Below are positions 1-8,535 of a DNA stretch of 64,000 bases, piece by piece (the stretch's first letter is position 1; each line of letters starts with the position of its first letter). The translations under genes were made by a program, and so were the position numbers. The stretch is from an uncultured Actinomycetes bacterium. Lineage in GTDB: Bacteria > Actinomycetota > UBA4738 > HRBIN12. The stretch spans positions 35,112 to 99,111 of the forward strand of contig CAWGKU010000004.1 of assembly GCA_963823255.1 (NCBI GenBank), written 5' to 3'. The notes beneath the pieces are model-generated. The model worked only from the letters and a program-made list of their open reading frames with translations, did no database searches and was not told where the DNA came from.

Positions 1-695
1 CGACCGGTGGGGACTACGCGCCGAACGGCGATGTGTACTTCGCCCTCGACGGCGAGAGCAGCCTATCGGGACACGGGCACGACTTCGACGGGCCCGTGCA
101 CGTCGCCCTGCTGCGGTGCTCGCCGACAGCGACGCAGTCGTGCGCGAACCCCACGCTGATCTCCTTCGAGGCCGCCGCCCAGCCGCCGCCCTGTCCGATC
201 TCGGGGTGCTACCCGGACTACTTCGCCGCGACGGGCTCGATCGCGATCGATGCGACCGGCCACATGGTCTTCGCATACGCGTTCTCCGACGAACCGAACG
301 CGCCGAAGCGGCTCTACGTACGTACCTCGAACGATGGGGTGCATTGGACCCCCGCCACCCTCGTGAACGCCCTTGGTGATAGCAGCGTGCCCCAGATCGA
401 CAGCGGCCCTGCTCCCGGTGACTTCCGCCTCGCGTGGCAGGACGATCGGACGGGCAGGTTCAACACCTTGTATGCGCGGAGCACGGATGGCGGGAGCACG
501 TGGGGATCGGAGGTTCGGCTCTCGAACCTCGGGTCCGGTGCTCCGTACAAGGACGCGGACGGCTACACGTTCACCGACGGCGACTACTTCGGGATCGCGG
601 TCGGCTCCACGGGCGTCGCCCATGTGATCTGGGGCGAAGCCGACGGCTCATCGCTGTACTGCTGCGGCGACGTCTGGTACACGAAGGGGTCCTGA
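1..695 (+). CDS. BNR/Asp-box repeat protein (sialidase-like beta-propeller), C-terminal part; 5' end outside window
   Basis: The reading frame stays open back to nt 1. Asp-box-like motif STDGGSTW and repeated DG..W/T patterns. Stop at 693-695. Confidence 0.6.
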   Translation, partial: TGGDYAPNGDVYFALDGESSLSGHGHDFDGPVHVALLRCSPTATQSCANPTLISFEAAAQPPPCPISGCYPDYFAATGSIAIDATGHMVFAYAFSDEPNAPKRLYVRTSNDGVHWTPATLVNALGDSSVPQIDSGPAPGDFRLAWQDDRTGRFNTLYARSTDGGSTWGSEVRLSNLGSGAPYKDADGYTFTDGDYFGIAVGSTGVAHVIWGEADGSSLYCCGDVWYTKGS

Positions 696-732
696 TCGCC
701 GCCTAACGGGGTCGCGTGAGCTGGGCCGATCT

Positions 733-1491
733 TCAGCTCCACCGGATCTGCACGGTCTCTCGCCAGAGATCGAGCAGGTCGGGTTCTCCGTCCATCTCCG
801 ATCCGGCCGCGTCTCGCCGGTTCCACAGCAACACGTAGAGCTCCGAGGCGTCGCCCGTCACGAGGAGCTCCGCGTCGTCGTCGATCGGATCGGCCTCGAT
901 CTGGAAGCCCGACGACGCGAACGTCACGCGCCAGCTCCGGGGTTCATCCTTCGCGCGCACGACCATCGACCGCGTCGTCTCGACCGTCGGCAGCGGTCGG
1001 CCGGACCGGTTCGCGAAGCGGAGCAGGAGCTCGTCGATGCCGTCCACCGCGAAGCCGGACGGGAACCCGGTGACATCCCCGCCGGCACGCTCCGCGTCGA
1101 CCCGATGGATCGCGGTCTCGTGGGCCTGACGGCGCGCCCAGAACGCGAGCGGCGTCGGAGCCTCGAGGAACGTCCACGTCTCCAGATCGGCTGGAGCCGA
1201 CGCGAGCGCTTCCACGAGGGCTCGGTGGCCGTCCGAGAACCACGCCACCAGCCCGGCGTCCTCGGGCCACCCCTCGACGAATCGCTCGAGGTCGCCGTCG
1301 GGCGGCTGGCGTCCGGCGCCCCGGACGAACCCGGTCGCCCATCGATGCACGCCACCAACGTGATGAACCAGATCGCGGAGCGACCAGTCGGGGCAGGTCG
1401 GCACCGGCGCGCCCGGATCGGCGAACGAGGCGACCGTCGCCAAGCGTTCGCCGTCGCGTCGTAGCTGGTCGACGTAGTCGGGAACTTCCAC
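733..1491 (-). CDS. Maleylpyruvate isomerase family mycothiol-dependent enzyme (DinB_2 / TIGR03083-like)
   Basis: 252-aa ORF. N-terminus LRDLVHHVGGVHRWATGF and WARRQAHETAIH(R)VD resemble the metal-binding His motifs of the mycothiol-dependent maleylpyruvate isomerase N-terminal domain family. Confidence 0.8.
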   Translation of the reverse strand: MEVPDYVDQLRRDGERLATVASFADPGAPVPTCPDWSLRDLVHHVGGVHRWATGFVRGAGRQPPDGDLERFVEGWPEDAGLVAWFSDGHRALVEALASAPADLETWTFLEAPTPLAFWARRQAHETAIHRVDAERAGGDVTGFPSGFAVDGIDELLLRFANRSGRPLPTVETTRSMVVRAKDEPRSWRVTFASSGFQIEADPIDDDAELLVTGDASELYVLLWNRRDAAGSEMDGEPDLLDLWRETVQIRWS

Positions 1492-1739
1492 GGCTGGAGC
1501 CTATGCCTTGCTGCCCACGCTAGAGACGTCGGTCCTCTGCAAGGGATCTTGTCTGCATCGGTAAGGCCTCCGGCAGCTCCGCGTAGGAGTTCGAAGAGCT
1601 CGAAGACCGCGGCGAGCAAGCCGCTGAAAGAGAAGCGCCAGGCGAAGAAGGAGAAAGCCGGTCGCTCGGGCTCTTCCTCGATGGGAACCTCTAACCAGTA
1701 AGCCTACGGAGTCAGCGGACCGACGAGGGTGTCTGCGGC

Positions 1740-2363
1740 TCAGGCTCTCTTCGATGACCGGACGATGCGGGCTGACCCACCCTTCGGTGCGATCAGGGTC
1801 TGATGTCCGTCTGCCCACCGGACCAGGTAGCTAACGCTCACCTCGCCATGGATGACTTCCAGAACTTCGCCCTCGCGAGGCGGGGAACCGACCTGAGGTG
1901 AGTCGATGACGATGAGATCGCCCGACCGGCCTGGCGCGGCCAGGGTGGGTGCGCGACTGGATGGCGTTGCGGCCCGACTCGCACGCGTCCTTCCGGGCTG
2001 AGACGAAGCTCGAGCCGTGGCCTTCTTGGCCGTGGCCTTCTTCGCCGTGGCCTTCTTGGCCGTGGCCTTCTTGGCCGTGGCCTTCTTGGCCGTGGCCTTC
2101 TTCGCCGTGGCCTTCTTGGCCGTGGCCTTCTTGGCCGTGGCCTTCTTGGCCGTGGCCTTCTTGGCCGTGGCCTTCTTCGCCGTGGCCTTCTTCGCCGTTG
2201 CCTTCTTCGCCGGCACGGTCACTCCCCGCTTCGCGATAAGCCGCCTTGTCTCCCTGATTACATCCTTCAAGGACACTTCGGGCAAGAGGCAATCCACAGA
2301 TGCAAGCTTTTTGGCGAGGACGTCGACCTCGACATCGGCCCTCGTACGTCGAACCCTACTCAA
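1740..2363 (-). CDS. Lys/Ala-rich (TAKKA)n repeat protein with C-terminal DUF1918-like domain
   Basis: 207-aa ORF: ~55-aa N-terminal region, then 13-14 perfect TAKKA pentapeptide repeats, then a C-terminal [12 protein letters not shown]...EVLEV...[13 protein letters not shown] segment that resembles DUF1918. Confidence 0.7.
   Translation of the reverse strand: MSRVRRTRADVEVDVLAKKLASVDCLLPEVSLKDVIRETRRLIAKRGVTVPAKKATAKKATAKKATAKKATAKKATAKKATAKKATAKKATAKKATAKKATAKKATAKKATAKKATARASSQPGRTRASRAATPSSRAPTLAAPGRSGDLIVIDSPQVGSPPREGEVLEVIHGEVSVSYLVRWADGHQTLIAPKGGSARIVRSSKRA
2015..2208. repeat. Perfect 15-nt tandem repeat (GCCGTGGCCTTCTTG/C) x13, coding TAKKA repeats on the minus strand
   Basis: Direct inspection of the sequence: 13 near-identical 15-mers in register with the ORF 1740..2363. 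Confidence 0.9.
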
Positions 2364-2964
2364 CAGACAACCTGGGAAGCAGGTTGACGCTCATCGTGAC
2401 GGCCTCGGCGATCTCGATGAGTTTGTGGTTCGAGCGGCGTGCCTCGTCGCGCAGCATCTCGAACGCCAGCTGCTCGTCGATCGAGTGCCGCTCCATCAAG
2501 ATGCCTTTGGCCCGCTCCGTGATCGCGCGGCGGGCGAAAGCACCCTCCAGGCCCTGGTACTCGGCGAACCGTGAGAGCACGACGTCGAGCGAGCTCTGCA
2601 GCGCGGATGCGTCCCGTCCCAAGGTGATGTACGCGAAGATCCCGCGTTTGGCGGCTTGGTGGATGAAGGCCTCGTCCTCGACGTCGAGGATCGCGATCAC
2701 GGGGCACGCTGCCTCCGTGACGATCTTCCCGATGAGCTCGAGTGCGTGCTCCGAGCTCTCGCCGACGAAGACGATCGCAGCATCGGGGCGAAGGGAGGCC
2801 GTGAGGGCGGCGACGTCAAGGAGGGTCGCCTCGCCCACCACGTCGTGCCCGAGACTCGATACTGCGCGCGCGACCTCGTCGAGGCGCGCTCCGCGCCCGT
2901 CGGCCACGAGGATCCTGAGCCGCTCGACGACTCTCTCGTCCGTCTTTTTGACGGCCTTATCCAC
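2356..2964 (-). CDS. ANTAR-domain response regulator (AmiR/NasR-like)
   Basis: Receiver-like N-terminus, then a C-terminal ANTAR segment ([42 protein letters not shown]). Confidence 0.8.
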   Translation of the reverse strand: MDKAVKKTDERVVERLRILVADGRGARLDEVARAVSSLGHDVVGEATLLDVAALTASLRPDAAIVFVGESSEHALELIGKIVTEAACPVIAILDVEDEAFIHQAAKRGIFAYITLGRDASALQSSLDVVLSRFAEYQGLEGAFARRAITERAKGILMERHSIDEQLAFEMLRDEARRSNHKLIEIAEAVTMSVNLLPRLSVE

Positions 2965-3170
2965 CGCGTATCGAGCCTATCGCAGGCACGCGCCGGGGTC
3001 CAGACCGAACGTAGCCTCCATGGCCCATTGATTAGTCGATCAACGAGGGATACCTTGAGCGTGCGGACCCCAAGTCCCGGCCCGCTACGCGCCTGGCTAC
3101 CAGACGCAGCATGGAGCCCAGAGACACGCTCCCAAGCCGGAGGTGACCACCTCCAGGAAGGGAGCTGCGG

Positions 3171-3497
3171 ATGCGGGTTCCCTCGGACACCTTCTCCGTC
3201 AAGGCCGTGCGATCGAACGGCGTCGCCCGCTTCCGTCTGACAGGCCGATTCGACGTGGAGGCGATCCCAGCGCTCGACGACGCGATCGGCGAGCTGCGTC
3301 GCCGTGACGTCGTCCTCGATCTCAGAGGGATAACGGCCATGGATAGCGCCGCGTGGCTTGCGGTCGTGGCCTACCAACACCGTGTGCACGACACCTGGGG
3401 CAAGGACTTCCGCCTCGTGAACACGCCCGATCATTTCCGGAGGATCTTCGAGCTCACCTCGAGCGAGTACCTGCTCTCCGAGGTGGTGAGCACATGA
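3171..3497 (+). CDS. STAS-domain anti-sigma-factor antagonist
   Basis: 108 aa; SpoIIAA-like STAS pattern (DLRGITAMDSAAWLAVV...). RBS GGAAGGGAG upstream. Confidence 0.75.
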   Translation: MRVPSDTFSVKAVRSNGVARFRLTGRFDVEAIPALDDAIGELRRRDVVLDLRGITAMDSAAWLAVVAYQHRVHDTWGKDFRLVNTPDHFRRIFELTSSEYLLSEVVST

Positions 3498-3856
3498 ACG
3501 ATTGGCGAGACCAGGAGGTCCGGAACGAAGCGCTGTCGCGCGACCGCAACGAGTGGATCGAGGACATCCATGGCGAGATGGGGGACCATGCCGCCGTCGA
3601 CGTGTACGAGTGCGAGTGCGGAGACGCGGCCTGCGTCGAGCACATCAGCCTCACCCGGCCGGAGTACGAAGCCGTACGGGGCTACTCCACGCGCTTCGCC
3701 ATCGCCGTCGACCACGAGAACCCGGAGATCGACCAGCTCGTCTCCGAGGGCGGCCGTTTCTCGGTCGTCCAGAAGATCGCTGGAAGGCCGGCCCGGATCG
3801 CACGGCAGATGGACCATCGTCACGACGTGTTGGGGGGAAAACAGTGGATCGGATGA
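3494..3856 (+). CDS. Hypothetical protein, translationally coupled to STAS gene (ATGA overlap)
   Basis: An in-frame ATG at 3494 overlaps the STAS stop (ATGA). 120 aa, non-Arg-rich composition (MNDWRDQEVRNEALSRDRNEWIEDIHG...CECGDAAC). Confidence 0.5.
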   Translation: MNDWRDQEVRNEALSRDRNEWIEDIHGEMGDHAAVDVYECECGDAACVEHISLTRPEYEAVRGYSTRFAIAVDHENPEIDQLVSEGGRFSVVQKIAGRPARIARQMDHRHDVLGGKQWIG

Positions 3857-4035
3857 TGTTCCTGCCCGGATCGGAGCGAGATCTCAATCTCATGACCGAA
3901 CGGCACATGCTTCAGGTGAGCGACCTTCCGGCGTTCCAGAAGCGCACATGCGTGCGCTGTGGTCGTCAGACGACCTTCGAGCTTCAGGATCCAGCGGGCT
4001 GGTACTCCTGCTCGGAATGCGGGCGCTACGCGTGA
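3853..4035 (+). CDS. Small zinc-ribbon protein (CxxC-x17-CxxC)
   Basis: 60 aa. ATGA overlap with the upstream gene. CVRCGRQTTFELQDPAGWYSCSECG. Confidence 0.45.
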   Translation: MMFLPGSERDLNLMTERHMLQVSDLPAFQKRTCVRCGRQTTFELQDPAGWYSCSECGRYA

Positions 4036-4053
4036 GGCATGGCCGCCCCGAGT

Positions 4054-4215
4054 ATGCAGATCTTCGGCGGCCGCGGTTACATCCGCGAGAACGTCGCCGA
4101 GCGCTTCTACCGGGAGCTCCGCGTCGAGCGGATCTGGGAGGGGACCTCCGAGATCCAGCGCAACATCGTCGCCGATCAGCTCGCCAAGCGCGGCGCGCGT
4201 ATGCTCTCCGGTTGA
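4054..4215 (+). pseudogene. Acyl-CoA dehydrogenase C-terminal remnant (~53 aa only)
   Basis: MQIFGGRGYIRENVAERFYRELRVERIWEGTSEIQRNIVADQLAKRG is a canonical ACAD C-terminal helix. No N-terminal or catalytic domains lie upstream. Its stop overlaps the next gene's start (TGATG). Confidence 0.55.
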
Positions 4216-4649
4216 TGGAACGTCAGGAGTTGTTGAGCCGAGAGGCCTCGTCCTGGGAGTCGCTCATGGCCTCGGTCGCTCGGGTGCCCGAGGGCCGCAG
4301 GACCGAGCCCGGAGTCGTGCCTGGATGGTCGGTCGCCGACCTCGTCTGGCACTGCGGGTACTGGGTCGACGACGCGGCGCGCCGGATCGAACTCATCGCG
4401 GCCGGCACGTCGGAACCCGACGACCCCGAGTCCGTCTGGCAGAAGACGAACGACGAGATCGCCGAGGAGTCCAAGGCGATGTCGTGGGACGAGATCGTTT
4501 CGCGTTCCGAGGCGGCGAGGGAGCGGATCCGCGCGGCGCTCCTCGGCCTCTCCGAGATCCCGTCCGACGCCGAGTCCGAGTTCGTCGACGAGACGTTCGA
4601 CCACTACGACGAGCACGCGGCCGAGATCGAACGGTTCGCCGGTTCCTGA
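4215..4649 (+). CDS. DinB/ClbS-like four-helix-bundle protein (mycothiol-dependent maleylpyruvate isomerase N-terminal-like)
   Basis: 144 aa. WSVADLVWHCGYWVDDAARRIE and DETFDHYDEHAAEIE motifs. Confidence 0.6.
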   Translation: MERQELLSREASSWESLMASVARVPEGRRTEPGVVPGWSVADLVWHCGYWVDDAARRIELIAAGTSEPDDPESVWQKTNDEIAEESKAMSWDEIVSRSEAARERIRAALLGLSEIPSDAESEFVDETFDHYDEHAAEIERFAGS

Positions 4650-4651
4650 GC

Positions 4652-4740
4652 CTCGATCCATCGATTCTTGCGCCAACTGACGCGACACCCGGTCTCTTGC
4701 CTGCCGTAGTTTCGATCCATGACACACGGTTCGCTACATC
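4652..4740. repeat. MIRU-like interspersed repeat, long-form copy 1 (overlaps stop codon of upstream gene)
   Basis: ~88% identical to 59897..59988. Shares core motifs with at least 9 other loci in the window. Confidence 0.75.
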
Positions 4741-5226
4741 GGCGGTCGTCGCAGTCGCCCGGCTATCCGCAGGGGACAGCCTGCCGCTTCGGGTCATGAC
4801 TCCTTCTCTGTATGGAGTCTTCTCTCCACGTATCGGCGTCGACGAGGAGGATTAGGCCATCTCGCCTGCCCCTCCCGTCCACCGGCCGAGAACCCGCCGG
4901 GTGCCTGCCCCGCCCCTCGCCGCTGATCCGCGTCGGGTCGAGGAGTTGCGCCCCCGATCCTGCTCCCAGGAGAACTGGCCGATCTCAGCCGATGGACGCC
5001 GATGGCGCCACGTTTCGTCAGGCCGAGAAGGGCCATTTGCGAACATCACAGAGGTCATAGTCAACGGATCCGACGACGTCTACGTGGATCCAGAGCGGCG
5101 GATCGAGCTGTAGCCACCGCCCTCAAAGCGGCGTCAAGACGGCCCGGCTTCCCACCGGACTGTGCTGCTGCGACCGACGCGCGTGAGTGAGCCTTCCGGA
5201 CGGATCCGTGCCGTTATGGTGCGAGC

Positions 5227-6234
5227 GTGACGGCGTTCATCCTAGCCATCGCTATGGCGTTCGCCTTCGCGCTCACGAACGGTTTCCATGACGCCGCGAA
5301 CGCGATCGCCACGCTCGTCGCGACCCGTGCCGCTCGCCCCCTCCCCGCGGTCACGCTCGCCGCCGTCTGCAATCTGCTCGGGCCGCTGCTGCTCGGGGCC
5401 GCCGTCGCGAACACGATCGAGAAGATCGTGCAGGTTCCTCCCGATCAGACGATCGCCGTGATCGGTGCGGGACTCACAGGCGCGGTGGCCTGGAACCTCT
5501 TCACGTGGATCAAGGGGCTCCCCTCGAGCTCCTCTCACGCGCTTGTCGGCGGACTCGTCGGTGCTGCCCTCCTCGACGCGGGCGCGGGCGCGGTCTACTG
5601 GGGAGGCATCGAGGACGGACGGCCGGTTGGCGTGCTCGGGACGCTGATCGCGCTAGCCGTCTCCCCGATCCTCGGACTCCTGGGCGCAGCGCTGCTCACG
5701 CTGCTCGTTAGGAGGCTCCTGCGGCGGGCGTCGATCCGCATCGAAGGCACGGTCCGCGGCAGCCAGTGGTTCACGTCTGGGTGGCTCGCGTTCAGTCACG
5801 GTGCCAACGATGCGCAGAAGGCCGTGGGGATCGTGGTGGCCCTGCTCCTCGCCCACGGCACGATCTCGACGCTCGCCTCACCCGTGTGGGTCGAGCTCGC
5901 GTGCGCGACCATGGTCACGGTGGGGACGGTGATGGGTGGATGGACGATCGTGAAGACAATCGGAAGACGGATCGTCAAGCTCCGCGCGCTCGACGGGCTC
6001 GTAAGCCAGACGAGCTCGGCTGCCGTGATCCTCGCCTCGTCGGTGGTCGGCGCGCCCGTCAGCACGAGCCAGATCGTGTCCTCATCGGTCGTCGGGACGG
6101 GGGTCGGCCGCGGTCGGGCCAAGCGCGTACGCTGGCACGTTGTGGGCAAGATCCTCCTCGCCTGGGTGACGACCCTTCCTGCCGCCGCGCTCATCGCCGC
6201 CACGGTGCTCCCGTTCTGGAGATGGTTGGCATGA
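5227..6234 (+). CDS. pit: Inorganic phosphate transporter, PiT family
   Basis: GFHDAANAIAT and GANDAQKAVGI signature motifs. Multi-TM protein of 335 aa. Confidence 0.9.
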   Translation: MTAFILAIAMAFAFALTNGFHDAANAIATLVATRAARPLPAVTLAAVCNLLGPLLLGAAVANTIEKIVQVPPDQTIAVIGAGLTGAVAWNLFTWIKGLPSSSSHALVGGLVGAALLDAGAGAVYWGGIEDGRPVGVLGTLIALAVSPILGLLGAALLTLLVRRLLRRASIRIEGTVRGSQWFTSGWLAFSHGANDAQKAVGIVVALLLAHGTISTLASPVWVELACATMVTVGTVMGGWTIVKTIGRRIVKLRALDGLVSQTSSAAVILASSVVGAPVSTSQIVSSSVVGTGVGRGRAKRVRWHVVGKILLAWVTTLPAAALIAATVLPFWRWLA

Positions 6235-6851
6235 AGCTCCCCTGGTTCCTTCCCGAGACGCCCGACGTGATCGGGCTCCTCCGGGAGCAAGCCGCCGTGA
6301 CGATCGGAGGGCTCGAGGCGCTCACCGAGTGGGCCGCGGGCGAGTCGGCCGCCGCCGAGCGGGTGCGTGAGTCCGAACACGCCGCCGACGAGAGGAGGCT
6401 CGCGCTCCTCAAGGCACTCACGGCATCGTTCACGACGCCGATCGACGCGGAGGACGTCTTCACGATGTCCGAGCGACTCGACGCCGTGATGAACGGGGCG
6501 AAGGACGCCGTGCGCGAGGCCGAGGTTATGGACCTGCCGCCGGACGAGCACGTGCTCGGGATGGCGGGGTTCCTGTTGGAGGGCGCGCGGCACCTCGCCG
6601 AGTCGTTCGTGCGACTCGGCACGGGTGGGAAGGTCACCGACGGGCTTGCGACCGATCCGGCAGACGCGGCGATCAAGTCCCAGCGGCAGCTCGAGCGCGT
6701 GTACCGCAAAGCGATGTCGACCCTGATCACGGTCGAGGATCTCCGGGAGGTGATGGGCCGCCGCGAGCTGTACCGGCGCTTCTCACGTGTCAGCGACGAC
6801 ATCGTCGCTGTCGCGGAGCGCGTCTGGTACGCGACCGTGAAGGAGGCCTGA
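6231..6851 (+). CDS. DUF47 / TIGR00153 family protein (PhoU-like Pit accessory protein)
   Basis: ATGA overlap with pit. ~206 aa helical protein. The PiT + DUF47 pair is conserved. Confidence 0.75.
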   Translation: MKLPWFLPETPDVIGLLREQAAVTIGGLEALTEWAAGESAAAERVRESEHAADERRLALLKALTASFTTPIDAEDVFTMSERLDAVMNGAKDAVREAEVMDLPPDEHVLGMAGFLLEGARHLAESFVRLGTGGKVTDGLATDPADAAIKSQRQLERVYRKAMSTLITVEDLREVMGRRELYRRFSRVSDDIVAVAERVWYATVKEA

Positions 6852-7084
6852 CCGGGCTCCCGGGGGCGTGCTCCGTCGATGCGACCAACTCGCGGGCGGC
6901 GTCGACCTCACCCTCGTCGACGAAGAAGGGTCGGCGTCCGTCCCGGGGATCTGCATCGTCCCACCCGCTGGCGCCGTGCCGAACTCGGACGGGGCAGGCA
7001 GGATAGAGGAACACGGCTCACCGCGCGCCGGGGCGGGTCTGCGCGAGCTTCTGGGTTCCAAGGACCTGTGCTACAGCTTCGTAA

Positions 7085-7106
7085 TCACGACACACGGTCC
7101 CCACCG
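7085..7106. repeat. Partial copy of the interspersed repeat core (CACGACACACGGTCCCCACCG)
   Basis: Shares ACACACGGTCCCC with the copies at 14544 and 55770. Confidence 0.4.
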
Positions 7107-7233
7107 TCGAGGCTCTTGCTCGTTGGGTTCCGGACGAGGACCGAGCCGAGAATTGGAATCTGCCCTTCCCCGCTCGCTTCCGGCCACTCGTGAGTCCGGG
7201 GGTAACCACTCACGGTCGATCAGGCCTCGTGGA

Positions 7234-7593
7234 TCATCTCGCCAACCAGTAGAAGCTGATCGCCAGGATGCTGAGGTGCAGCGCCTGGTCAGTCGCGATC
7301 ACGCCCCAAACGACGGTGGAGAAGCTCTTGCTACCGGTCGTCCCGAGGACGAGCTTGGTCGGCCATCTCCTGTCCAGGAGTGCGTGGGTCGCGACCGAGA
7401 TCGCAAGGAACCGCACAGCGCTCCAGTCGTGCCACACCGGGACCACCAGCACGGCCATCGTCAGGTGGTAGGTGAAGACATGGGCAAGATCGGCTCGCCA
7501 GCTCCTCTCCTTGTTGGTGGCCTGCCAATCGGTCTGTGCGACGAAGTCACCGAGGAGATGTCCAGCGAGAACGAGCAAGAACACATCACTCAT
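7234..7593 (-). CDS. DUF3307-like membrane protein
   Basis: 119 aa, N-terminal LLVLAGHLLGDFVAQTDW, 3-4 TM segments. ATGA-coupled to the upstream small ORF. Confidence 0.6.
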   Translation of the reverse strand: MSDVFLLVLAGHLLGDFVAQTDWQATNKERSWRADLAHVFTYHLTMAVLVVPVWHDWSAVRFLAISVATHALLDRRWPTKLVLGTTGSKSFSTVVWGVIATDQALHLSILAISFYWLAR

Positions 7594-7736
7594 GCCCGGA
7601 CCTTCACGTTCCTCTTGCCAGCATGCTGGATGGCCTTGGCTCGGAGGACCTCGACGTCCCGTGGGTCGAGCGGAAGGACCTCGAGCCAGCGAGGCTCTCG
7701 TCGAACCCTCACCTTCTCGATGCGGATCCGCTTCAT
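7590..7736 (-). CDS. 48-aa basic protein between ECF sigma factor and DUF3307 gene
   Basis: MKRIRIEKVRVRREPRWLEVLPLDPRDVEVLRAKAIQHAGKRNVKVRA. Its start overlaps the sigma factor stop and its stop overlaps the DUF3307 start (both ATGA). Confidence 0.4.
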   Translation of the reverse strand: MKRIRIEKVRVRREPRWLEVLPLDPRDVEVLRAKAIQHAGKRNVKVRA

Positions 7737-8359
7737 CGGTTCTCCTGGCCTGAGAGGGTCTGACGGAGCGTCGCGATCCCTGCTCGGACGCGGCTCTTCA
7801 CCGTTCCGCGGGGGATGCCTTGGAGCTCGGCCACCTGTGTCGACGACCGTTGCCCCAGGTAGGAGAGTTCGACGGCCGATCGCTGGCCATGCGGGAGCCG
7901 GTCCATCGCGTTCCGCGCGCGCCGCATCAGGTCGCGGTGCACCGCGTACGACTCAGGACTGAGCTCGTCCGAAACGTCCGAGTGCCAACGACCGGACGAC
8001 AGGCTCCTGGCTTCCAGCGTGCGTCGACGGAGCAGATCGATCGCGAGGCTGCGAGCGTTCAGCAGGATCCAGGCGTCCAGGGATCCTCGTTGAGGATCGA
8101 AGGACGAGCCTCTGCGCCAGACCTTGAGGATGGTGTCCTGAACGAGGTCTTCGGCGTCGGTCTTGTTCCCAAGCAGGACGAGCCCGAGGCCATAGATGCG
8201 CGACGCGTACCGATCGTAGAACGCCGCGGCGGCCCAGGGTTCCCTCTGGAGGAGCCCGACCATCAGGCTGGCGTCCGCTTCCCGTGGCACCGCATCGCGA
8301 CGGGTGTGGCTCTTTCCGCGAGACGGCCGATCTGCCTTTGGAGCCGTGAGGAGTGCCAT
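7733..8359 (-). CDS. ECF-type RNA polymerase sigma-70 family factor
   Basis: Region 2 (DAEDLVQDTILKVWRR) and region 4 HTH (STQVAELQGIPRGTVKSRVRAG). The start may instead be the internal ATG near 8263. Confidence 0.8.
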   Translation of the reverse strand: MALLTAPKADRPSRGKSHTRRDAVPREADASLMVGLLQREPWAAAAFYDRYASRIYGLGLVLLGNKTDAEDLVQDTILKVWRRGSSFDPQRGSLDAWILLNARSLAIDLLRRRTLEARSLSSGRWHSDVSDELSPESYAVHRDLMRRARNAMDRLPHGQRSAVELSYLGQRSSTQVAELQGIPRGTVKSRVRAGIATLRQTLSGQENR

Positions 8360-8535
8360 CGCTCCGATCCCTTCCGTCCGACGTGCCCACCGTTCCGGTC
8401 GGCTTCGACGCTAAGGGGAAGGGATCGGGCCGCAAACCTTGGAATCGGTACGTTAAACGCCCTTTGACCTCATGAAATGGGGGGGCCGCCCGGTTCTCGA
8501 GGCATCGAACGAATCCCCTCCGGCTCGAACGCCGC

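Noticed and set aside
63-623. Long antisense or alternative-frame ORFs rich in Arg/Pro/Gly. Examples: 63..623-, 924..1619-, 3959..4855+, 6868..7962+, 16434..16919-, 17078..18064-, 17973..19331-, 30666..31832-, 32264..34087-, 32308..34059+, 35540..37381-, 45784..47058- (N-terminal part), 58341..59768- (C-terminal part).
   Set aside because: They have typical GC-rich shadow-ORF composition (R/P/G/A-dominated, no motifs). They overlap well-supported genes on the other strand or frame and lack RBS or coupling signals.
2015-2208. CRISPR array: regular short direct repeats at 2015..2208 and 51411..51830.
   Set aside because: The repeats are contiguous with no spacers. They are in-frame within ORFs and encode peptide repeats. 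No cas genes are present.
4812-5226. Coding potential in the 480-bp gap between the DinB-like gene and pit (e.g. ...FANITEVIVNGSDDVYVDPERRIEL).
   Set aside because: Only a short C-terminal-like stretch is present, with no start. It is probably a remnant or non-coding; insufficient support.
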